From Vicugna vicugna (taxonomy: Eukaryota): a stretch of 64,000 bases of DNA. This document shows, one piece after another, positions 13,050 through 23,604 of the stretch. Every line of letters starts with the position of its first letter. Within the stretch, counting starts at the first letter, position 1. Both the position numbers and the translations under genes were made by a program. The notes under the pieces are model-generated. The model was given only the letters and a program-made list of their open reading frames with translations, was not told the DNA's origin and ran no database searches. The DNA lies in assembly GCA_013265495.1 (NCBI GenBank), contig MU058449.1:62001-126000 (forward strand). The letters run 5' to 3'.

Positions 13050-14905
13050 CACCAGTGACCTCTAAGGCTGAAATTCAATGGAGACTCAATCATACCTGAT
13101 TCCTTTGCAAACTTGTGTCTTCTGGCCATGTCTTCCTTTTTAAAGCTCTCTTTTGGAATTCTTGACGCCAGCCCCTGCTGATTCCCTTTAATGTTTAGGG
13201 CAGTACATATTCAGTTCCTTCCATCCGTTGCTCAAATGTTCATATTACTTAGTCCTGACCTCAGACACCTTCTCATTTATTGTTTTCTCTTTTTATTATT
13301 TTTACTGTTATTATTACTAGTAGTAGTACTAGTAGACTGATAACCCATAGAAGTTTATCCCTAGTCCTGACAACTCAGCTGTGTAGCAGACCTGAATATC
13401 TGCCTTCTTATTAGAGGTCTCCCAATTGATGCCAACTAAACCCAACACATCTAATACTGATCCATCACCTACCCTCTCCACACCTGATTCTTTACAATGT
13501 ATTGAATCACTTTCCAAGACAACATTTTGGATCTCATGCTGTAATTGACCCTCTCCCTCTTCCCACACCTCATTTTTTAACTGACTTAATAAGTATGTTC
13601 TACTTCCTAAATATCCCTATTCCTTTGTTTCCACTTTTGTGCTCACTGTCATCATTCCTAAGTTTTTCCTGCTTAACTGACCTCTCTGACACTTAGTTTG
13701 CACAGCCTGACACCCCATGTCCTAGATCTGTTTTCCACTTGAGTCATGGGGTTTATCCCTAAAATGGTAACTGCTCTGTTCTCAGTCTTTCAATAGCTCC
13801 CCTTTCACCAGGATACAGTTTAAACTGGTCAGAAGAGCTCTGGTGAGACCTCAAATTTACTGCATTCCGGCACGACGCAGACACCGTGTAACACATTACA
13901 TAATGTGACTATTTCTCACGACCACGAGGCATTTTATCCTAGTACACAGAGGAGGAAACCACAGAAAAGGTAAATAGCTCTCCCAAAGTCTGACTTCAGA
14001 GAGCTAATTCCCAGTCTGTGAGCTAATCCCACGTCTTACGTTAATTCACAACATGAGTTTATCAGTGAGCTGATGTCAAGGATGGGATTTGAACCCACGT
14101 CCAACTACTTCCAAAGTGGGCAGTCCTAATACAAGGTAATACCCTGTCTTTACTCAGCCCTTTCAGCGTTGACATCTTTCCAAATTCATTTTTTTCTACC
14201 ATAGTCAAAAAACTGATAGTTTTTTCTACAATGACTCATATATACTTTTCTTTTTTCTATTCTTTATATTGCTTTATATTTTGCTTTCCTAACAGAAACT
14301 ACTTTGCTTTTTTGACCAGTGAACAATACTGGTCCTTTAAGACAACATAAATATCATTTCCTCTGACAAATATCTCTTGGTGTCTTGTGTAGAGTGAGGC
14401 AAACCCTTCTGTACTCACACAGCAGCTTTGTGGCTGCAAGATTAAAGTGTAAATGTACACATACATCCTTTATATTTTATATATAAGCATATTTATAATT
14501 ATATATTGTACCTAATGTTATATATAAATATATATATGCAAAATATGTATAAACATTAACATATATAAGTGTATTTACTTGTATATACTTTTCATATAAT
14601 ATACTATTTATACTCATATGCCTTCTTTATATACTATATATTCCTTATATATACATCAAAAGTATAAGTATTATAAGCATAAATGTATGCTTAACAAATA
14701 TTTATGCTTACATATTCATACTTGTGCTTATCTAATACATAGTATATATAATATATATTACTTTTATATATAGTCCTAGATGTGTGTTTTTTAAGTTATG
14801 ATTTTTAATCCCTGTTTTGTACCAACTTGACCCTGGAGCCCAGTGCAGTGTCTAACACATGGCTGGCACCACTCTATACGAAAAACTGAGTAAGTGAATG
14901 AGCGA
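13050..14905 (+). mobile_element. Fragmented L2, interrupted by a minus-strand MIR (about 13880-14125) and an AT-rich tract
   Basis: L2-like 'caccagtgacctc...aattcaatgg' and 3' end 'cccagtgcagtgtctaacacat...tgagtaagtgaatgag'; MIR 'gaggaaac...gggatttgaacccacgtc...ccaaag'. Confidence 0.5.
14450..14780. repeat. AT-rich low-complexity, degenerate (TA)n tract
   Basis: Directly visible composition. Confidence 0.8.
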
Positions 14906-17900
14906 GTTGAGTGCTTACCCTTTGTCCAAATTAATTGTACCTAGAGGTGCGGGTTGAGTCTTGTTTTTACTGAGTTCAGAACAAGCAGGGCAGGGAGAAG
15001 GGTCTGGGGGAAATGGGACTTTTATAGAGAGACAGGGCAGGGCTGGGAGAATTCCTGCTGGAAAGGAAGTTCTACTGAGTTTTTCCTGGAAATGAAAGAA
15101 AGTGTCCATGTTAAGGGACCAACAGACGTTTCTCCGCTTCTAAAAAACAGGAATCCATTCATCAGCACATCACCGTGGCTAACGACAATGTAATTACAAC
15201 ATTCACAGCAGAGGGGACACAGGTGAGACTTAAAGAGAAAATCCCTGAAAAGAGAGATTTTCACTATGCAGTGAGCAATTAGCTCTGTACTGTAAGTCCA
15301 TCTTCTAAACATTCTTCTGCTTCAATTTAATGTATTCTATGTTAAAAAACGAATCAGTGATGGAGACCACTGCCTCTAAAATGCAGAAGATGCAGATGGA
15401 GCCACGCCTAAGCTCAAGGACAGGAATCAGAACAGGGAGGGGACATTCCCACGTGGTCAAACTCCTGTCAACCCACGTCCTGTGCCCGGGGTGGCAGAGC
15501 ACATTGGAACGGGGGAGAGGGGATCCCGGATACTGGGGAAGTCACAGGGGTTGTCCATATTAATACACAAGGACTGAGGGCTGGGCCTCCTCTGCTTTGT
15601 TAACTGCTCTGGCACACAGAATGCACTCAATACGTGTGATGTTAGATGAATGGCTGTTTGGTGAAGAAAGGAAAGGGAAGGCTGAGAGCACCAGCCAGCT
15701 GGGCAGGCAGGGGTCTGTGGAGACCAGAGGGTTGCTGACATCCTGATGCAGCGGGAGGCTGACTCCCAGGCAGGAGCCAGGAAGGGCCCGGCTTGGCCAC
15801 GGAGACCCAGGTCAGGAGGAGAGAGGCAGCCCTTCCCTCTGGCCTTAGCAGCAGAATGTTGCAGATAATCGCTCCTCTCCTCTAGGGGGAGCAAGCCCTG
15901 GGCCTGTCTCTGGCTCTGGGTCTGTGCAAACATGCTGAGGGTATCACAAGTCAAAGCATTTTTATGGGATCCTGGATTCAGGACTTCAGTTTGAAAATGA
16001 AGAAACTAAGTAAGGCCCAGCTGGGGAATACATCTGCCTGAGGTCTTTTTAGCCTTAAGAGAGAAACCAGGATTAGAACTCAGACCACGTCCTTCCAGGG
16101 TCACTGCTCGCTTGGATGCCTCTACCCTCTCCTCTTCTTGTCTCTTCTCTCTTAATTCTCGTATGACCCCTTAATATCCACCCCTGGAACCCTGGCACTG
16201 GACGGCAGTGCACACTCACCGACAGCTGCTGACTTTAGAAAAGAAAAGTCAGGTCATCTGCACTGAAGGAGGAAGAGGGCGGGCAGGAGGGCCCCGGGGT
16301 CAGTGAGCGGCACCGCTGTGGCTGCCAGGGAGGGATTTATCTTCCTCCTTCCTCTGTGCTTAGGAAGCACCAAGGCTCCACCTGGGAGAAGCTGGGGACA
16401 AACAGAGAGTCCCCAGGGCTGGGGGCCCTGAGGACAGGAGCTGTCAGGACTCTCCCCTCCTTGGCCTGCGTCCCTCTGTCCTTCTGTGGGCTCGCAGGAG
16501 GCTGAAGGGCCCTGACTTTATAGTGTTCAGTGTCCGGGCTTTGGCTGCTGCCAGGTGTCTGCTGCGGCAACGTGGTCCTGCCTCAGCCACTACTTCTGCT
16601 TCATGAGGAAACCAGTCCCAGGCACCATCACCTCACTGACCCCTTTCCTTTGCTCACTGGAAGGAGCTAGAGTTTGCTAGAGAGGTGGGACGTGATGGAT
16701 GAAGATTATCCATGTGACCTGCACAGCAGCTCCAAATTGCTCCTCTTCCCTGAAGCCTCACAGCCCCAGGGCCCCAGGGGCCTGTCTCTCCTGCTCTAGC
16801 TTTCATGCCTGTTTCTGAGTTCCCTTTACAAGGCCATGAATGTGTCCTTCGTCTCTGTCAGTGACAGTGTCTTTGAGCCCAGAGGTCAACCAGATTAAAA
16901 CGTTTTATCTACACCCCCACCCCAAATACATTTTCAGGCCTGTCTCAGGCTTTTCCAAGGCTCTCTACTCAGCCTTGAGTGTGTGGGGCAATCCTTTAAC
17001 GAGCCCTACGGTAAGTTAAGTGTCCCTAACATTTCCTTTCTTCTTGCCTTCTTCTCTCTTCTGGTAGCACCCGCCATCATTTTAGAAAATCCATTTTCCC
17101 CTCTCAGTCTGTTGTAAAATCTGAATTGATGAGGTCAGGTCATATGCACATTCCTTTTCCCTTTCCACATGTGTGCACACACACACAGGCACAGATTGGC
17201 ATGAACAAGGCAGTATATTGTTATTATCTTTCAAGCTGCGAAATATTGATCAGAGTTGTGTGAGGGCAAACCCCCAAATGGGGCAAATAGATCCAAAACA
17301 CCCAGGTAGGAGGCAGTACAAATTTACACCTGGTTCAGATTTATGTTTATGGCCAGATGCAGGCAGGCACAGTCAGGTGACAGGGCAGGGTGCAGGGGAC
17401 ATCTTACTGAATTGTACTTGAGGATGTGGTTTGGGCACAGACTTCATCTAGGCTTGTTGGAGAGGAAGTCCCTGTCAGAAAAATTTAAGACTGACTGAGC
17501 TCAGCCCCTTTCCACAAGGAACACAGGACCTGACCCTGTTCTGTATCAGAGATTAAGAAAACTTGTATGGGAGAGAGAGACAAAGATATATTTGATTCTA
17601 GAATTCTTTTCAGGGTCCCAATATATGTTATGTTTAAGGGACCTTTTATCCAGAATCAGTACCAAGTCAACTGGGTCAAGCTTGATGGGGTAAGAGATTA
17701 ATGCAGAAATGAAACAGCCCCGCCAGTATACATGCTGTAGTTTTTCAATACAACCATCAGGGGGAGCCTTATGCTCCCAAATAGGCTTAAATTCAAATTC
17801 TTCTCCCCCTCCCTTCATAACCCCTTCCCAAAAGGTTAAGAAAATAGAACTTTCCCCCCAGCACCATCTTCCCACATCCTCTGCACCTCTCATATAGCTC

Positions 17901-18179
17901 TGAAAATTTCCAGTCAGTCTATTTCACCGCTAAAGATGATCTCCGTCTCAGGCATACACACAACAAACCCACACAAGCCCACATGAAATTCTGAACTGAC
18001 AGAGAGGATACATATTTCTCTATTTTCTCAAATTTTGAAGACAGTTTTATTGACCAAGCTTTGGATCCCCAGTCTGGCCAGACAGACCTAAATGAAATCC
18101 TTGCTCAGAGTTCTCTGTCGCTTCATGTTCACAGACTCAGCTGGGGAGGGGTGCTCTGTCACAGAAAATGGCTGTAGGT

Positions 18180-18714
18180 TGGAGGGGAGCAGAATTTGTC
18201 ATCCCAAAGTATGCCTTTTTGGCATAAACATTATTTAAGACTGGTTATTTTTAAGAAACAGCAGACACAGGAGAAGCTCAGAAAACCTTTTGTACGTGAT
18301 ATTTATTATTTATAAGTGAGCTCTCTATTTGTAAGTGTGTCTCCCTCTCTGTAACAAGAAATGGAGACTGGCTAAATCTCTAGAAACTTATCTGCAGAGA
18401 AGACATGGACTGAAACCTTCATAACAACCTTACCCTTGTTTACTGTGCTTTTCCAGATTGCCTTTCATAAGCGTCTCCCCGACACCCCAACATCTTCTTT
18501 TGTCTTTGGCTGGAGATGATATTATTTAAGGTAGTGACCTGGGTCATTTCAGGGAGCTACTCAGTTCTCCTGGGTCTCTCCCATGTATACAGGAGTATAC
18601 ACAATATTAATTAAGCTTTTGCTTGTTTTTCTCCTGTTAATCTGTTGTTTATAACAAGGGGTTTCTGCCAAGAACCAAGAAAGGTAGAAGGAAAATTATT
18701 TCTCCTCGGCCACA
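18180..18714 (+). mobile_element. ERV1 solo LTR (MER34/MER39-like)
   Basis: TG...CA ends; 5' 'cagaatttgtcatcccaaagtatgcc', 3' 'tttctcctgttaatctg...gaaaattatttctcctcggccaca'; 4-bp TSD with one mismatch (aggt/aggc). Confidence 0.8.
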
Positions 18715-20179
18715 AGGCTGAGCTCACTCTTCTCTGAGCCGAGGTGCAGGCCTGCTGGATGAAGCCCTCCCTGGATGAACTCCATTTTGTGGTGTGTCAC
18801 TGACTGCATCTTCGAGGCTGGCAAGACCCACAGAGTTTCAGATAGCAGAAATACTCTATCCTTATCTAGAGCCCTTGAAAAAGTTCCCAGTTGTAGTTTA
18901 TTTTGTCCGTTCTCCTGCAACACTGGCTGTCTGCAGCTATGTAAACACAGAACTGCATGATTCCAGAAAGTCTGCAATGTTCTCCTAGTGGAAGGTTCCA
19001 CATCTTCCCACAGCAGCCCTCTTAGAAAGTTTTTCTTTCCTTATAGCCTCCCTCTGTTCACTCCCTCTGAAGAGGAACAAATTTCTATTCTTATTGTAGA
19101 CGGTTATCAGAGATACCCCTTTTGGAAAGCCAAGGATCTATCCCCTCCTTCCCCCAAACATGGTCTAAGCCCGCCTGTCTTTTTTATCTGTCTATCTCGA
19201 CTCATGGCCCAGGAAGTTTAGAAAACTCAAGCACCTGTCTCACCAAAGCAGGTCTGACATTTCCCAAACTGTTTCCGAGGCCACTTCCTCACCTCTACCA
19301 CAAACCTTACATATGTGAAAAAAAAGACAACTTCCCCAGGCTGGTCTCCTTGCTGTTCAATCAGTGGCCACCAGTATGTTGTGTGCGCATTCCACCTGAC
19401 TGGACAGCCCCTGTCCCGTGCGCTCTAGGCAGACAAAGGATTAGACTCTGCCTACAGTAAGTAGATCTTGCAACTTGTTGGAGAAATGTTTGAAACTCTT
19501 AGTATTCAAAGCCTTTGAAATGCTTTAAGGAGAGTAATAAAAACAGACATTATTGCTGATGTTAGAGGAATGGAAAATACTTGGGAAAATCTTATAATAA
19601 TTCCAGTAGGAGATGAGCAAAGTCATGGGATACAGGCAAAGAGAAGAGACCAACGAGGCGCATGTTCAGAGAGAACAATCTTCATAACATGCAGACATCA
19701 AGGTGTGAGTGGAGTCTGACACCCAGACACTTTGACATCTATACTCCCTTATCATAGCAGTCTGGACCCATTTTTCTGAGGCCAGCTAAACACCTCTTCA
19801 AATTACTTTGTATCTCAAGTCTTATTGTTGAGTCCTAGCTTCCCTAACTGCTGGGATCCTCCCGGTTTCTTTGTAATAACCTGTAGTTGGAATCCAGATA
19901 GATCCGTTGTCTTCTGAAATCTTCTGCTAATTTTTCTTTTTCCTCTTTATCAAAACCATATTAGTGGCTGAGCTATGATCAAGGAGGAAACATCAGTTTA
20001 ACCAGCTACTAGACAGTGTGGAGTTCCCCGAAGAGAAAGAATTTCTTAGAAAGGCTCAGTCAGGGAGTTGCCCTCCCCTCTGCCCCCAAACAAATTTTGA
20101 GACCAGAGCCAGGCCAAGAGTAAGCAAGATAGGCACCCAGAGAGCAAAATTTAAGCAGACACTCATTAGTGAGAAGAGA

Positions 20180-20195
20180 TGCCACTAGGTGGCCT
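20180..20195 (+). promoter_or_regulatory. Candidate CTCF site (possible HS-111/HS-62.5 counterpart)
   Basis: CCACTAGGTGGC at 20182-20193 matches the CTCF core CCASYAGRKGGC exactly; unique sequence about 9 kb upstream of the OR51M1 ATG. Confidence 0.65.
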
Positions 20196-20559
20196 CCAAG
20201 AGAATCCTGGAATGGTGACCATGTCCTTCTTTCCAGGTTTTGATGGGCCATCTCAAGTTGCTCTCCACAATCTAGCTTCAATACAGAGCGAAGGCATTTT
20301 GGGTGAGATCCCAAAATGCTCCTTGCTTCTCCTTGGTTAAGTAGTGTTCTCTCAACCAGTTTGACTGAAACCAGCCCCTTATCTTTCATTAACTTAACAT
20401 TCTTTGTCTTGTTCCCTAATGTAGCTCCATAATGTCTATAAGGATGAGAAATTTGGATATAGATAAGATGAGGAATGTAAAGTAAAAAAAAAGGAGAATC
20501 CCAGTAGAGAAGAAAAAAAAAAAAACCTAAAATCTAAAATGTATTGAATGAAATAAATT

Positions 20560-20945
20560 CACAAAGGAAAGAAATTTAAGGTTACCAGGGGGAAAGGGGG
20601 TGAGAAGGGATAAATTGGGAGTTCGAGATTTGCAGATACTAACTAACATATATATAATAGATAAACAAGTTTCTACTGTATAGCACAGGACTGTATTCAA
20701 TATCTTGTAGTAACCTATAATGAAAAGTAATACGTAAACGAATGTATGTATGTATGTGTATGACTGAACTATTATGCTAAGCACTAGAAATTGACACAAC
20801 ATTGTAAACTGACTACATCATATATGTATGACTGAATTACTCTGTTGTACATTTGGAACTAATACAACTAATGCAACATTGTAAATTAACTATACTTCAA
20901 TGAAAGATTAAAACAAAATAAATAATAAATAAACAAAAATAAAAT
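20560..20945 (+). mobile_element. L1 3'UTR fragment with doubled terminus and A-rich tail
   Basis: 'gggataaattgggagttcgagatttgcagatactaactaa'; two successive 'tatgactgaa...caacattgtaaa' blocks. Confidence 0.85.
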
Positions 20946-21313
20946 TTATTGGATGAAATCCAAATTTTTTGAACAACAGAGGAAAGGCTAAGTTAACTGA
21001 ATTTTAAGACACATCAATATAAATCATCCAAACAGAAACATTGAATAAAGCAAAAATATATTTAAAAATTAAGAATCTCAGAGGTATGTAAGACAGTTTC
21101 AAACTATTATATGAGCAATTAGAGTTGTAAAAGAAGAGGTTTTTTTCAAAAAAATTTCAAAACACTATTGCCTGAATTTTTAAATAATTTGAACGTAAAT
21201 AGTAGTCATGATTTCATATGCTCAGCAAATTGTGAGTAAGGCCAATTAAAAAAGAAAGCATATAGCTAAATTTATATATTTCAAATTGTAGAAAACAAGT
21301 AATATACACACAC

Positions 21314-21868
21314 AGAAACAGAGCAGGACTCTGTAGGGTCCTCCCTGGTAGAAATCTTTTCCGTGTCCCCCATTTCTTTTTGTAGGAAATACACTTCATT
21401 CACAATCCCTGACCTTCCCTGAATTACAAAGGGTAGGCTCAAAAAGCTGCTAATCAGGGAAGGGAGGGAATGCAGAGACATGAGAGGAAGACTCAAGCAA
21501 CAATAGTGCAGACTTGGGGCAGGGTCCTGGGTCTGCAAGGAATACACATAAGAGTATCTTTGAGTTCTTCCGCAGGAACTAGGGCCCCCACCCAGGTGGA
21601 GGATGGCAACTTCAGGCTGAGCACCAGATTCCTGTACAATGCCCTGTTACCTCAGCACCAGCCATTCAGGAGAACATCACAAGCCCTGCCACCCTCACCC
21701 CAAATTTGGCCCATTAAAAAAAAAACCATCAAAAAAAAAAACAAACACATCAGGGTGTTTACGTTTTTTTGAACCCTGAGCTTCATGTTCTTGTTGCTTG
21801 GCTCTGCAATAAACCTCTCTCTGCTTAAAGCTCCAAAGTTTTGGTTTCTTCAGCTTCACTGTGAACTT
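21314..21868 (+). mobile_element. ERV1-type solo LTR inserted in an old L1 ORF1 fragment
   Basis: 'gaaacagagcaggac' start; 'gcaataaacctctctctgct' polyA region; degenerate L1 ORF1 sequence on both sides (about 20960-21300 and 21897-21995). Confidence 0.65.
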
Positions 21869-21999
21869 CTATTCAGACACACACACACACACACACCTTA
21901 AAAGTAGCCAGAGATAAAGACACTTTCATTACATAACAGAAAACTTAAAAAAAAAATTTACCAAAATTTTCATGGGGAACAACAGTCAGGGGAAGAAAA

Positions 22000-23600
22000 A
22001 AGACACATACCACATGACACAGGGTGTGCCTTCACCCCCAGGCCTGGGGGTTGACTAACTGATTAATTGGTTGACTGATTGACTGATAACTCATGACACG
22101 TGGTGCACTTCAACCCCAAGGCCTGGGGCTGGAGGAACAAACCTTCTCATAGAGACATGACACGGGGTGTGCCTCCATCCCCAACCCCGTGTCACCCTCA
22201 GGCCTTCTGATTGACTGATTGATTGATTGATTGATTGACAACTCCGTTTCCCAGAGCTCTGGTTGATTGAGGGCTCAGGTTTCTTGTGTTCTGGATTTTT
22301 CTTTTCCCCTTCCTCTCCCTTCCCCCAATGCTCATTTCTATCTAAGGTACCTTAGATTCCCTCCTCTAGTTATAGAATCCCAAATCTTGGGGACGTTGAG
22401 AGTGAGGACCGCTCTAGCTACTTCCTGCTGATCTGGGGTGATGATGGAGCTTGTTGGGGTCCCAGATTAGCTGGCTGTCCTTGCACAGGATGTGAGTAAA
22501 GGGTTGGTGTTCATCGAGGTGCTTGTATATGTGTGGTCTTGGCTGATTGGTTGATTACCTTGTTATATAATCATTTGAAGTTTATCTCTAGAGGAGAAGA
22601 AACACTTTTCATGAGAAGGCTGAAAAGACAGAGGTCAAATATAGAGAGCTAATCCTAGCCAAAGGATGAAAGGGGCAAACAAGGGTCTTAAAAATTTTTG
22701 AATTCTGTGCTTTCTGTTGGTTTAGGGTTTAGAAAGCAGATGTTGGAGTGTTAGTCCAGTGAACTAAAGGAGGAGTAAAAAGAGGGACCCTAATGTCAGA
22801 GACATTTTCAATTAGTATTAAAACAGTTTGGTGGGGGCCCTCAAAGAGAAAAGATTTGAACCAGGAGACATTTAAGGAAGAGGTTTCTCTAACAGGGATC
22901 CATAGTCCCCTAGGGCGATGGAAGAGTCTCACTGCAGTGTTGCTTGGAAAGCAGTCGCAGATCGCTAAGAGGTTCACGAGAATGTGTGCGGTGAACCAGA
23001 TCTCATCAGGGTTTTCCAGGGGTTGGTCGGTGAGATCTGTTCTAGCTCCCAGAGAAATGGATAGGGTCTTATGACATAGGTGGAAGGGAAGAGACTCGTC
23101 TGGTGATGGTAATAGTGTAGCAGGATTGAGAGTCCCATAAACAGAGAGAGTGACATCTGGGTTTTCCAGTAGTAATGCTTGATATTTAAGAGGCCGAACA
23201 TCTGAGAGCCAAAAATGTCTCTTGCCTTTTAAAAGGTCAGAAACTTGATGGTTAGCATATGCTTGTATAGGGGTCCCCAGAGTTAGCTTAAAAGCTTCCT
23301 TCAGGAGAGTGGAGAGGGCTCCCAACACTCTTAGGCAGGAAGGCCAGCCTCAAGCAGTGGGATCTAGCCGCTTGGAGCGGTATCCCATAGGCTGTTGGGT
23401 AGGATCCAGCCGTTGGGCGAGGACCCCCAAGGCTATTCCTCCTCTCTCATGAACAGAGAACTGTAAGGGCTTTGTGGGATCTGGAAGCCCCAAGGCTGGG
23501 GATCTCACTAGGAGATTTTTTTGATTCTTCCATTGCTTCCTGTTGGGAAGGACCCCATTGGAGATGTCTTCCCAATCATCTACACCTAAGGCCCCTTCTG
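22000..23600 (-). mobile_element. ERV1 (gammaretrovirus-like) 3' half: pol fragment, env remnant, PPT, partial 3'LTR
   Basis: Minus-strand peptides SPALGLPDPTKP..HERGGIALGVL..LDPTA*GWPSCLR..KYQALLLENP..TLNPATLLP..DLTDQPLENPDEIWFT; env-tail-like remnant; 'cagcaggaagtagctagagcggtc'; PPT agaggagggaa (22367-22357); LTR U3 from 22356 leftwards. Confidence 0.88.
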
Positions 23601-23604
23601 GGCA

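Noticed and set aside
14070..14125. tRNA-Leu-like 3' half (gggatttgaacccacg)
   Set aside because: Context fits the B-box region of a minus-strand MIR; no cloverleaf.
16500..16560. Globin promoter or pseudogene remnant (TATAAAGTCAGGGC resembles the beta-globin ATA box)
   Set aside because: No properly spaced CCAAT/CACCC and no globin coding sequence downstream; a short match can arise by chance.
22013..22240. CRISPR-like repeat-spacer array
   Set aside because: Mammalian DNA; three diverged units with simple-repeat spacers inside an ERV LTR; no cas genes.
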